From a virus (Duplodnaviria > Heunggongvirae > Uroviricota > Caudoviricetes): 64,000 bases of DNA. Of this stretch, positions 39,312 through 48,334 are shown in pieces. The stretch lies in IMG/VR virus record IMGVR_UViG_3300013232_000486, one strand, 5' to 3'. Each line of letters begins with the position of its first letter. The first letter of the stretch is position 1. Made by a program: the position numbers and the translations under genes. Below the pieces are notes generated by a model. The model searched no databases. It was not told the DNA's origin and saw only the letters and a list, made by a program, of their open reading frames with translations.

Positions 39312-42300
39312 ATGAAGATACTTTTGCTCGGAGACGTTCATCTTAAGGCCAAGAAGCTCAAAGACGTGGCATCGGCATGGAAGCGGATGGTCGAAAAGGC
39401 CACCTCGCTCGGCTGCGAGCATATCCTTCAAGCTGGTGATGTGTTTGATCATGCCAACGTATTCGGCAAGGAAGCCACGGTCGGGACGATATACGACGCC
39501 TTCCTTAGCCCGTTCATCGGAAGCTCAATAAGATATACTGGAATAATCGGAAACCATGACATTGGCGGGCCTGACAACAAGGACGCCTTGGTTCCGATCG
39601 ATCACCACGCGTGGATGACTGTGTACAGGACTCCGTCTCATATCTGCCTTGAAGACCAAGTGGGTCTGGTAATGCTCCCATGGATTGATCGCGCCACGCT
39701 GATGAGGTCTATGGCGAGGAAAGGCCTATCACCAGAAGAATCGCGCCAGAAGATCGAGGCGCTTCTGTCTGGAAAGCTATTGGACATGCTGAAGGGATAC
39801 GTCGCGGAATACAAGGCCAAGGGAAAGCCCGTCATATTCATGTCCCATCTGGAAATAACTGGCGCCCAGATGGACAGCGGAAGGCCACAATGTGGAGGAA
39901 TGTTTGAGTTCAGCCCATCGGCCTTGAGCGGCATAGGAGCCGACGTGTACGCGCTGGGCCACATCCATAAGCGCCAGAAGATAATCGGTCTTCCTGGAGA
40001 TAATGACGGCTATCTTGGAGCAATCTGCCAGTCCAAGTTTGGAGAAGAAGACAACGCGACGGGCGGTCGGTTCATCGAATTCTCCAAGAGCGGTCAGATA
40101 GTCCACGACGAGTGGGTCACCGACAGCGCCTCGCCACGCTACTTCACAGTCGGCAAGCTTACCGACGCCTCACCAAGGGACATTGACTACGTCAAGCTGA
40201 GGTCTGATCATCGACCAGAAGACTTGCCCGCTGGCGTCATATTCGAGAAGCTGCCCGTCAAGCGCGAAGCCCCAAAAGACGGGGATGACGTGTTCCTTGA
40301 CGCGGATTCGCCGCTGAACCAGCTACTTGAAGAATGGGGAAAACGAGCGAATACCACCATCACCAAAGAACTGATGGAGGTCGCCAAGGCGCTGAAGTCG
40401 TCACCAAGCCACCATGGGATCGGGTCGTGGGAGTCCTTGGACAAGATCATCCTCAACAACATCACTTGCCACACGAATACGACGATCAATTTGGATGGTA
40501 TTCGCGGCGTCATTGGCATTGAGGGTCCGAATGGGTCTGGAAAGACGACGGCCCTGGAGGCCATCGTCTTCTCGCTGTACGGAGAATCACCAAGACATTC
40601 GCCGCAAGAATTGCTATCCACGTTCTCACTGTCGGCTGGTCTCACCGAGATACACTTCACCAGTTCTGGGAAGAAGTACATCGCCCGCCGAGAGCTGAAG
40701 GCTGGAAAGACGTTGAGTCACAAAGCCTTCATGTTCGAGGGCGAGGATAACCCCATCGCAGGGCCTAACGTCAGCGCGGTCAACGATTCAGCGTCCGTCA
40801 TCGTCGGCGACAAGGACCTCGTGATGGCTGGCGTGTTCGCCGCGCAACAAGACTCTGGGAACATGGTCGAGCTTCTTCCAGCGCAGCGCAAAGAACTCTT
40901 TGCCAAGCTCATTGGAAGCGAGAAGTTCCTGGAGATGTCCGAACAAGCGCGGCTTGATGCCAAGGCAGAAGCCGTTCTGATCAAGGCCACCGAGGACAGG
41001 ATCGCGGAGATCAAGGCCAACATCCTTGATTACAAGGAGCTGGTCAAGGAGCTGGAATCAATACGGGAAAAGAAGGAAGCCAAAGGCAAGGAACTCGACG
41101 AAGAAAAGGAAAAGCTAGACGAGATCATCAAGTCGCTTCAGAATGGAAAGGATCGGGAGACCCAGCGAATCGGCATCAATTCGCAAATCGCCGAACTGGA
41201 ACGAAAGAAAAATGCCATTGAAGCAGAGGCGAAAACTCTGAAGGCCGAGTGGCAAGAATTGGTCAAGGTCGACCTGAAGAAGGCCGAGGAAGAACTTTCC
41301 GACGCCAAGAAGCTGCTTGATGAAGCCATCACGGCCAAGGAAGAAGCCTCCAAAATAGCACAAGAGAAGTCCGCTCTTTCGTCCAAGGCCTCCGAGACAA
41401 GGGCCAAGGCGTCTTCGATGAAGGCTGACAGAATGTCGGCCTACAACAGCAAGCTCAAGGAGGTCGAGCAGAAACAAAAGGAAGTCAGGGCTTCTCGCGC
41501 CGAGCAATACCAAAAGATGCAGACCAAACTTCAAGAACTTAAAAATGCCGTGTCGGTTCTTGAATCCGAGATCTCAGAGTCCTGCCGAAAGGTCGAACTG
41601 ATCAAGGGGTTCCCAGACCTTCCGCCATGCCAGACATGCGTCCTTTCTGAGGACTGCGTCAAGGCCAAGAACGGTTTGCCTTCAAAGCGTGAGGAGTTGG
41701 ACAAGACCAAGGCGAGGATCGCCAAGGGCGAGAAGATGCTTGCCGACTACGCCAAGGCCACGGAGGACATGGTCGCTCAGGTCGCTTGCCCAGATGAAGA
41801 CTCCTTCCAGCCAGAGGTATTGACAGAGATCAAAAAGCTGATCGAGGAGGCGGAGGCCATTGAGAAGCTGGCCAAAGGAAAGGTCGTTCCTCAGGCGTTG
41901 GTGGAAATAATCAATGATCACGAAAATAGGACGAAGGCCGTAAAGGACGCAGAAACGGCTCTGTCCGCGGCCAAGAACGCGTCGTCAAGAATCGAAACGA
42001 TCAAGGCCCTTCTCGGCAACATGCGCTCGTCTCACAAAGAAATAATGGAAGAAATCAAGGCGCTCAGGGATGGGATGCCACAAGCAGTCGACATGATCTC
42101 GCTGAAGTCGGCTTGGAATGAACTCACCAACTCCATTAAGGAACTGTCAGACGAGTTGTTGCAGATCTCCGTTGACCTTGGAAAGCAAGAGTCAAAAATA
42201 GAAGAAAACGAACGACGAAAAGACGAACTGAAGAAGTTGGTCGATTCCATCGACCCGAAGAAACTGGTCATTCAAAACTTGTCCACACTGGCGTCAGCCT

Positions 42301-42803
42301 TCGGGCGTGATGGCATTCCTCAAATGCTGGTGGAGAGGACGATCCCACGTTTTGAAGAGGTCATGAACGAGCTGGTTGCCGAGTTCGAATGCGGCATAGA
42401 AATCAAAGTCATCAGCCAGAAGCAGACCAAGAAGGGATCTACGGAAGACGTGATAGAGATCCTCGTGAACGATGGCCATTCGTGGCGCGAGATCAGGACA
42501 TACAGCGGCGGCGAGAATAAGTTCCTCAAGTACATGGTACGCATCGCCTTCGCCATCGTCCAGGCAGAGCGTTCTGGGAAGGGACTCAAGGTTCTTGTGC
42601 TGGACGAGGCAATGGACGCGCTGGATGACGACAAGACGAACGACTTCATGTCCATGATCATGAAGCTTCCAAAGTACTTCAATCAGGTCTTCATCATCAG
42701 CCACAACGCCAGAATAATCAGCGATATACCATGTAGAATCAAGTTCGAGCGCGTGTCTCTGGCCCATCCTTGCACGGTGACCATGTCCACGCCAGGAAGT
42801 TGA
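39312..42803 (+). CDS. Fused SbcD/Mre11 nuclease - SbcC/Rad50 ATPase
   Basis: GDVH, GDVFD, GNHD and GHIH; then GPNGSGKT, coiled coil with CQTC hook, YSGGE, VLDE and IISH. Confidence 0.92.
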   Translation: MKILLLGDVHLKAKKLKDVASAWKRMVEKATSLGCEHILQAGDVFDHANVFGKEATVGTIYDAFLSPFIGSSIRYTGIIGNHDIGGPDNKDALVPIDHHAWMTVYRTPSHICLEDQVGLVMLPWIDRATLMRSMARKGLSPEESRQKIEALLSGKLLDMLKGYVAEYKAKGKPVIFMSHLEITGAQMDSGRPQCGGMFEFSPSALSGIGADVYALGHIHKRQKIIGLPGDNDGYLGAICQSKFGEEDNATGGRFIEFSKSGQIVHDEWVTDSASPRYFTVGKLTDASPRDIDYVKLRSDHRPEDLPAGVIFEKLPVKREAPKDGDDVFLDADSPLNQLLEEWGKRANTTITKELMEVAKALKSSPSHHGIGSWESLDKIILNNITCHTNTTINLDGIRGVIGIEGPNGSGKTTALEAIVFSLYGESPRHSPQELLSTFSLSAGLTEIHFTSSGKKYIARRELKAGKTLSHKAFMFEGEDNPIAGPNVSAVNDSASVIVGDKDLVMAGVFAAQQDSGNMVELLPAQRKELFAKLIGSEKFLEMSEQARLDAKAEAVLIKATEDRIAEIKANILDYKELVKELESIREKKEAKGKELDEEKEKLDEIIKSLQNGKDRETQRIGINSQIAELERKKNAIEAEAKTLKAEWQELVKVDLKKAEEELSDAKKLLDEAITAKEEASKIAQEKSALSSKASETRAKASSMKADRMSAYNSKLKEVEQKQKEVRASRAEQYQKMQTKLQELKNAVSVLESEISESCRKVELIKGFPDLPPCQTCVLSEDCVKAKNGLPSKREELDKTKARIAKGEKMLADYAKATEDMVAQVACPDEDSFQPEVLTEIKKLIEEAEAIEKLAKGKVVPQALVEIINDHENRTKAVKDAETALSAAKNASSRIETIKALLGNMRSSHKEIMEEIKALRDGMPQAVDMISLKSAWNELTNSIKELSDELLQISVDLGKQESKIEENERRKDELKKLVDSIDPKKLVIQNLSTLASAFGRDGIPQMLVERTIPRFEEVMNELVAEFECGIEIKVISQKQTKKGSTEDVIEILVNDGHSWREIRTYSGGENKFLKYMVRIAFAIVQAERSGKGLKVLVLDEAMDALDDDKTNDFMSMIMKLPKYFNQVFIISHNARIISDIPCRIKFERVSLAHPCTVTMSTPGS

Positions 42804-42810
42804 GGCCGAT

Positions 42811-43545
42811 ATGAAGCTGGTACCACCATACCCAAAGTACCCATTCTTCAGATGGATCCCAGCAACCCCAGAGCAAGCGGCGATAGACTTGTCGATCCTC
42901 GCCTATTCAGACAAGCCATTCATAGAATCAGTTCTGTCTGGTGTTCCATGGGTTAGAAAATGGAACTTCGTCTCGCGTGGGGTTACGCAAGTCTTGGTCG
43001 TGGAAATCGTCAAAGGATCTGCTTTCTTTGATGGCCCAAAGTTCGTGGCGTTTCGTGGGACGGAAACGTTCAACGTCGAAGACTGGATAACCGACCTTAA
43101 TTGCAACGTAAACGAGTTCGGCATCCATCGTGGCTTCCATGATGCCTACATGAAGGTCTGCGAGGACATTGAGGACGAGAACGGGACTTGTTACACTGGA
43201 CATTCTCTTGGAGCGGCAATCGCCACCATAGCAGCGTGGCGCTCATATTGCCGCGCCCATCATCCGATGCTCATCACTTTCGGGTCTCCGCGTGTCGGAA
43301 CAGAAGAATTCATACGAAGGATGCCAAGTATCGGCCAGGCGCGATACGTCCATGGCCAAGACATCGTCCCTCATCTGCCCCCAGGGAGAACCTACGTCCA
43401 TCTGGGTTGCGCGAACCTTCTGGAACCGATGCCGAAGCCACTCATGAACATGCTCACCCCACACTCGGTCTTTGATCACGTTCCGACACTGTACGCTGAG
43501 AGGATCTGGCAAGTTGATATACGGAAGCGTATGCTCTGGCATTGA
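42811..43545 (+). CDS. Lipase class 3 (alpha/beta hydrolase)
   Basis: VAFRGT, HRGF, GHSLG, TFGSPRVG, DIVPHLPP and terminal DH. Confidence 0.9.
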   Translation: MKLVPPYPKYPFFRWIPATPEQAAIDLSILAYSDKPFIESVLSGVPWVRKWNFVSRGVTQVLVVEIVKGSAFFDGPKFVAFRGTETFNVEDWITDLNCNVNEFGIHRGFHDAYMKVCEDIEDENGTCYTGHSLGAAIATIAAWRSYCRAHHPMLITFGSPRVGTEEFIRRMPSIGQARYVHGQDIVPHLPPGRTYVHLGCANLLEPMPKPLMNMLTPHSVFDHVPTLYAERIWQVDIRKRMLWH

Positions 43546-44512
43546 AGCGGCAAGCGTGGCATGGGCTCCATTGCCGTGGAAGCCAGGATGGTTTTCTGAG
43601 GTCGCGCCTTTCCCATGCGCGGTCTTGAACCATCGCTTTCCTCATGTCGAAAACAAAGGAGACATCCGCAATGTCCTCGCGCAAGCGGAGGAGGGAAGAC
43701 TCGCCCCCGTCGATGTTCTCATTGGAGGAACTCCTTGCCAAGCCTTCTCTCCACAAGGAGCCAGAAGGTCGCTCGGAGACGAGCGCGGGAACCTCGCCCT
43801 CGTGTACTCAAGACTCGTCGCCTTGTTGCACGAACAGATCAAGGCCTCGTTGTGGGAGAACGTCCCTGGAGTCCTCTACGCCAAGGACAACGCTTTCGGA
43901 TGCATCCTCGCCGCCCTGGTCGGGTCTGAACAGCCCTTCGTTCCGAAGCGGGGATGGGACTGCTGTGGCGTGGCCGCTGGACCACTACGAACCGCCGCAT
44001 GGCGCGTCTTGGACGCCCAATACTTCGGATTGCCCCAGAGACGCAAAAGACTCTTCCTTGTCACGTGTCCTCGAGGAGGGGCAGATCCCGCAGAAATTCT
44101 TCTTGAGCCCAATGGCGGCAGCGGGGATCCTAAAAAGAGCCGAAAAACGTCAAAGAACCCTTCCAAAAGCGCTGAAATCAGCCCTCGAGAGGCTGGTTTC
44201 GTGCCAATCGCCTTCTCCTCAAAGGATGACGGGGGAGATGCTGGGCCAATAGCCCCTACTTTGCGTTCCATGGGCTACCATAAGTCCCACGCCAACGCAG
44301 GGGGTCAGATGGCGGTTTTGACGAAAGAAGGGCCTAGGAGGCTCACGCCACGCGAATGCGAGCGCCTCATGGGCTTTCCTGATGACTGGACGCTGGTTCC
44401 ATATCGCGGTCGCATGGCCGAAAACGGCCCTAGGTACCACACATTGGGCAATTCTATGGCCGTCCCAGTGATCCGCTGGATAGGCGAAAGGATGCACCAG
44501 ATTCTCTCTTGA
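43514..44512 (+). CDS. DNA (cytosine-5) methyltransferase
   Basis: SVCSGIEA (motif I), GGTPCQAFS (IV), ENVPG (VI), PQRRKR (VIII), RLTPRECERLMGFP and GNSMAVP (IX-X). TTG start inferred. Confidence 0.92.
   Translation: MIYGSVCSGIEAASVAWAPLPWKPGWFSEVAPFPCAVLNHRFPHVENKGDIRNVLAQAEEGRLAPVDVLIGGTPCQAFSPQGARRSLGDERGNLALVYSRLVALLHEQIKASLWENVPGVLYAKDNAFGCILAALVGSEQPFVPKRGWDCCGVAAGPLRTAAWRVLDAQYFGLPQRRKRLFLVTCPRGGADPAEILLEPNGGSGDPKKSRKTSKNPSKSAEISPREAGFVPIAFSSKDDGGDAGPIAPTLRSMGYHKSHANAGGQMAVLTKEGPRRLTPRECERLMGFPDDWTLVPYRGRMAENGPRYHTLGNSMAVPVIRWIGERMHQILS
43671..44252 (+). CDS. Nested out-of-frame ORF within the methyltransferase gene (EcoHK31I-beta-like)
   Basis: AAGGAG RBS before ATG at 43671; structured C-terminus SLSRVLE...KFFLSPMAAAGILKRAEKRQRTLP. 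Confidence 0.65.
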   Translation: MSSRKRRREDSPPSMFSLEELLAKPSLHKEPEGRSETSAGTSPSCTQDSSPCCTNRSRPRCGRTSLESSTPRTTLSDASSPPWSGLNSPSFRSGDGTAVAWPLDHYEPPHGASWTPNTSDCPRDAKDSSLSRVLEEGQIPQKFFLSPMAAAGILKRAEKRQRTLPKALKSALERLVSCQSPSPQRMTGEMLGQ

Positions 44513-44536
44513 CTTCTTCATCACATTTGATAGTCT
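44509..44536 (+). promoter_or_regulatory. Sigma70-like promoter (TTGACT-N16-TAGTCT, TG-extended)
   Basis: Upstream of the HAD gene. Confidence 0.5.
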
Positions 44537-44552
44537 ACGTACTGGAGGTGCC

Positions 44553-45125
44553 ATGAATATTTTGCTTGATATGGACGGGGTTGTCTGCGACTGGTGTGGC
44601 GCGGCTTGCGAGGCCTTCGGAAAGAACCTCGATGACGTCTTGAACGTCCAGCCAGCGGGCCACTTCGGGATTGAAGTCGGCTTGGGCGTCTCTCGGGATG
44701 AGCTTTGGTCCAGACTAGACGGGATAGGCGAGAAGTTCTGGTCGGAGAAGATCAAGTCATATTCATGGGCAACACAACTGTACTCCGCATGCTGTAAGAT
44801 GGCCCCAACATACTTTCTCACGTCTCCAAGCATCCATGTGGTCTCCTCTGGCGGCAAGATAAAGTGGCTACGGGAATTCACTGGAGACCATAAGTTCAGG
44901 GACTTCGTCCTCACGACGCACAAACATCTGCTGGCCAAGCCAAGCAACGTCTTGATCGACGATGACGACGACAAGGTGGCATCCTTCAAGAACGCTGGCG
45001 GAAAGGCCATCTTGTTCCCGCAACGATGGAACGCTCGCTATGAGGACTTCCAGAAGCTTGGCAAGCTTCGCTACCTTGATGTATTGAACGAGTTGCAGGA
45101 GGTGGTGAATGGCGATGGAGGCTAG
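44553..45125 (+). CDS. HAD-family 5'(3')-deoxyribonucleotidase
   Basis: DMDGV, LTSP, K..WL and LIDD motifs; GGAGGT RBS. Confidence 0.9.
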   Translation: MNILLDMDGVVCDWCGAACEAFGKNLDDVLNVQPAGHFGIEVGLGVSRDELWSRLDGIGEKFWSEKIKSYSWATQLYSACCKMAPTYFLTSPSIHVVSSGGKIKWLREFTGDHKFRDFVLTTHKHLLAKPSNVLIDDDDDKVASFKNAGGKAILFPQRWNARYEDFQKLGKLRYLDVLNELQEVVNGDGG

Positions 45126-45531
45126 AACACCTGAGGCATTCACTGCCGAGATGCTGAAAAAGAAGCACTCTTGGTCATCCATCCTCGCTGTTGCAAGGGT
45201 GATACGTGATGGAAAATGGAGATCTCGAGTCCGTGAGATTCTGATCGAGAAAAAGTTGATACCAGAAGACAGAGAAGAGGAACTAAGGCAGAGGGATGCT
45301 TTGGTCAACAAACAAAGCGCCGAGAAGAAGAAAAAAGAGGAGGAGGACAGAGCGGCTAAACACAGAGCGTCACCTGGGATTGGACACATCAACATGCCTG
45401 GCAGAAACTTGCTTGCGGGAAGCGAGATGGTAGCCAGGTTCCAGTCAAAAGGGGAAGAAGATGGGCCGAAAGAAGATAAGCCCTCTGGAAGCATGCCAAG
45501 AAGTCGCAAAAAACCCGGAGGCAATGGCTAG
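45109..45531 (+). CDS. Hypothetical protein (140 aa)
   Basis: GGAGGTGG RBS; operon context. Confidence 0.6.
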   Translation: MAMEARTPEAFTAEMLKKKHSWSSILAVARVIRDGKWRSRVREILIEKKLIPEDREEELRQRDALVNKQSAEKKKKEEEDRAAKHRASPGIGHINMPGRNLLAGSEMVARFQSKGEEDGPKEDKPSGSMPRSRKKPGGNG

Positions 45532-46081
45532 TCTTTTGTTCTTTCTCGCCTTGCGCGAGGCAAGGCGATACAAGTGGATCAAGTCACAAAAGAGCGGTAA
45601 GGACGTCGGGCAAGAAGCAGTGGTAGAGTGGTTCGACAAGAAGGGGCCTCATTGGTACAGGGACCAATGGGTCAAACACCTTCTCGGAAAAAAGTTCTGG
45701 AAGGAATTCTCCAAAGAAGAGTTCGACCTGGCCCACCATCAGTTCCCAAATCCAGAACTACTCAAACAAATCGTAGACAGCGTCAAGGCATACGGCGAGA
45801 ACCTTGGCCTGACCTTGTGGGCCACAGACACCAAGCAAGACATGCGCCAAGTCATGTTCCTCCTCGGCATGCTTGACATCAACAATCACCGAGAAGAAGT
45901 CGAGGGGGAGTTCATCAAGGCGCTGGCCGAGGCCCTTGACGAGGCCGACAAGTACAAGTGGATCCAGTCCGAGAAGGCTGGAAAGGACCTTGGTGAAGCC
46001 GCGATCTACGAGTGGTTCAGCAAGCATTGGGAAGAATGGATACAAAAGATCACCGCGTCTTGCAAAGAAGGCAAGAAATGA
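45524..46081 (+). CDS. Protein with duplicated E..YKWI.S.K.GKD.G..A..EW motif (DUF4032-like)
   Basis: EARRYKWIKSQKSGKDVGQEAVVEWF and EADKYKWIQSEKAGKDLGEAAIYEWF; GGAGG RBS before 45524. Confidence 0.75.
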   Translation: MASLLFFLALREARRYKWIKSQKSGKDVGQEAVVEWFDKKGPHWYRDQWVKHLLGKKFWKEFSKEEFDLAHHQFPNPELLKQIVDSVKAYGENLGLTLWATDTKQDMRQVMFLLGMLDINNHREEVEGEFIKALAEALDEADKYKWIQSEKAGKDLGEAAIYEWFSKHWEEWIQKITASCKEGKK

Positions 46082-46284
46082 AAAACAAGGTCATCAAACT
46101 GGATCCGCCAACCCCAAAACGACACCCAAAGTGTAAAGGTTACTGGACCTATTCTTGTGATGGAAACGAGTTTGATTGCGAATACGAAACCATCCTGTCT
46201 TGCGATGAATGCAAGTACGGGGTCGGACGGAAAGACCCGGACGCGAGATGCAACGCCATCCCAGGAACGCTATTCGAGGACTAG
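46078..46284 (+). CDS. Small Cys-rich hypothetical protein
   Basis: ATGA coupling; six Cys in 68 aa. Confidence 0.55.
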   Translation: MKNKVIKLDPPTPKRHPKCKGYWTYSCDGNEFDCEYETILSCDECKYGVGRKDPDARCNAIPGTLFED

Positions 46285-47147
46285 GAGCAGTACGAGAACT
46301 TTATCCTCGGCCCATCTCCTTGTGGCTCTTGTGAATAATAGCTGTTTCTTAGTCCTTGGACAGTTCTTGCCACGATCTGAACCAACGGGTCCTTTGGAGC
46401 CTTCCTTAGAGCATCGGCGAAGAAGTACGTGAATGCCCCGCATGGCTTCCCGTTAATGACCGTATCGGACGCCGTCTGCGTGCTCAAGCAAGCAGAAACG
46501 TATCCCACGTCAAGCTCTTGAGCACGACGCTTGGAAAGCAAGGGCTTGATCAGGTTCCTAGCCTTCAGTTTAGAGACCAAGGAAACCATGTGTGGAGGCA
46601 AAGGCATGGATCTGTTGCGGCCCTTGCCTGGAGCGATGTCCCTCGATAGGTCTCCGCTATGACACGAATCTGAAGACCAATAGAAACGAACGTTATCTGG
46701 CATCTCCCAGAATATTTTGAAGTAGTCGTCATCCGTAATCATCCTCGACGGACTCCAGTCGAAGTCATATGGACAAACGCATTCATCAAGGTTGTCTTGT
46801 TCTCTACCTGGTACTTGGACACCGTGGCCGCTGAGGTGATACAGTGCGAACTCTCCGGACTGTACCTCCGACAACCACTTCAAACTGTCCTTCATGTTCG
46901 CCGTGTTCGCGTCCTTGTTCAACAACATCTTGATGCATGACGGGTCTATCCCAAGGGTATCTGCCCATAGCAGTTGCATCGTACTCGCGTCTTGTATGCA
47001 TCCTTGAAGAGGAGCGTCGGGATAGTCATTGATGGCATGGATAAGAGCCTTGCCCTTGTTCGGGGCATTTGGGATGACTTGGCTCTCTGGGCGAACCTTA
47101 CCTCCTATGCCAAAAGCTCGCTTGAAGAAGTTGATTACTCCGCACAT
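46281..47147 (-). CDS. Metacaspase / caspase-family peptidase C14
   Basis: INDY...LQGCIQDA, catalytic SGHG and DSCHSG, GAFT; GGAGG RBS before ATG at 47147. Confidence 0.92.
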   Translation of the reverse strand: MCGVINFFKRAFGIGGKVRPESQVIPNAPNKGKALIHAINDYPDAPLQGCIQDASTMQLLWADTLGIDPSCIKMLLNKDANTANMKDSLKWLSEVQSGEFALYHLSGHGVQVPGREQDNLDECVCPYDFDWSPSRMITDDDYFKIFWEMPDNVRFYWSSDSCHSGDLSRDIAPGKGRNRSMPLPPHMVSLVSKLKARNLIKPLLSKRRAQELDVGYVSACLSTQTASDTVINGKPCGAFTYFFADALRKAPKDPLVQIVARTVQGLRNSYYSQEPQGDGPRIKFSYCS

Positions 47148-47968
47148 GTGTTCATCCTCCTCTGCCAACCAGATTCCCACCACGTTCTTATCTTTTTCAC
47201 GTACGCATTGTCGCATCCCATTGACGCGCAATAGTCAGCCGTAAACTGCTTTGAACACCAAACCACGTCCATGTCCGCCTTGACGTACATGTCCGCGTCA
47301 ACCACAGCCTTTCCTGGGTTCAATCCAAACACGGATATGAACTTGGTCAAGAATGTCACGTTTCTTCTGAGATTGATCCCCATGATCTTCGCGAAGTCGA
47401 GATAGCAGAAGTACGGAACTTCAGTACACGCGAACCGAACGCCCATCCGTCTAGCATCAATGCCATGCTTGCGGATCATCTCACGTTCCTTGACCCCATT
47501 GAACTCAAACAAGAAGTCATATCCGAACCCGACAATCCTATTAGCCCATTCGACGGCTTGTATTTTCGCCTCCTCATCCACGTTCGGACGAAGGATGACC
47601 GCCCTGTCACTATGTAGAATGTGCGCGGCGCTGCGTCTAACTACTCCATTTGATATAGCTTCCACGACTTGTCCATCACCAACATAAATTCCAGCATGGA
47701 TCATGCTTCCGCCTATGAAAACATTGCTCAGGAACCCCTCGTCCCTATGCAATACAACGTCTCCAAGCTTTAGCAATGGCATGGCGTCTTTCAATACTTC
47801 GTTAAGGTCGATCTTTTCCTCGTAGGAATACCATCCCAAACAAAACGGGAACTTCTTCCATCCAAGCCAACGAAGATCTCCCATCAGAAAAACGCTCCAA
47901 CGGAACGCTTTGAACATGAACGGAAGTTTCGGTTCTGAGTATTCACCCTCAAAGTCTCGGATACCCAT
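47135..47968 (-). CDS. Permuted papain-like NlpC/P60 enzyme (YiiX/YebB-like)
   Basis: GDVVL, HAGIY, VVEA, YDF and FACTE, with His preceding Cys. Confidence 0.85.
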   Translation of the reverse strand: MGIRDFEGEYSEPKLPFMFKAFRWSVFLMGDLRWLGWKKFPFCLGWYSYEEKIDLNEVLKDAMPLLKLGDVVLHRDEGFLSNVFIGGSMIHAGIYVGDGQVVEAISNGVVRRSAAHILHSDRAVILRPNVDEEAKIQAVEWANRIVGFGYDFLFEFNGVKEREMIRKHGIDARRMGVRFACTEVPYFCYLDFAKIMGINLRRNVTFLTKFISVFGLNPGKAVVDADMYVKADMDVVWCSKQFTADYCASMGCDNAYVKKIRTWWESGWQRRMNTCAE

Positions 47969-47971
47969 GTA

Positions 47972-48334
47972 CTAGCCCCTCACTTCCTCAGATCGAATAG
48001 CCACTTGACCATCACTTGATACCCATAACGGTGTCCCAGTGTACCTGATCCGCTTCTCCAAGTACCCGTTGGTCGAAGCTTTCCTAAGCAGCTTGATCAG
48101 CCGAGCATGCCTTTTGAATCCTTCCTCGGTGAAAAAAAATACTGCATCCGACGGAACCCCACGAGGTTGGGCTAACCCAAGATCCATCAGGTGAACAAGC
48201 TCCTCTTCCTCGTCGTCTGAAAGCCTCATCCTGTCAATAGCCTGGTTGTTCATCAGACCCATCCCGCTACGATTTGTAACGCGGACGAGCGGCTGATCGC
48301 TCATTACTTCAGCAAACTTCCTAAACCAGTGCAT
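47972..48334 (-). CDS. Hypothetical protein with N-terminal MHWFRKFA motif
   Basis: Abuts the upstream stop; FFFTEEG...DGQVA. Confidence 0.7.
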   Translation of the reverse strand: MHWFRKFAEVMSDQPLVRVTNRSGMGLMNNQAIDRMRLSDDEEEELVHLMDLGLAQPRGVPSDAVFFFTEEGFKRHARLIKLLRKASTNGYLEKRIRYTGTPLWVSSDGQVAIRSEEVRG

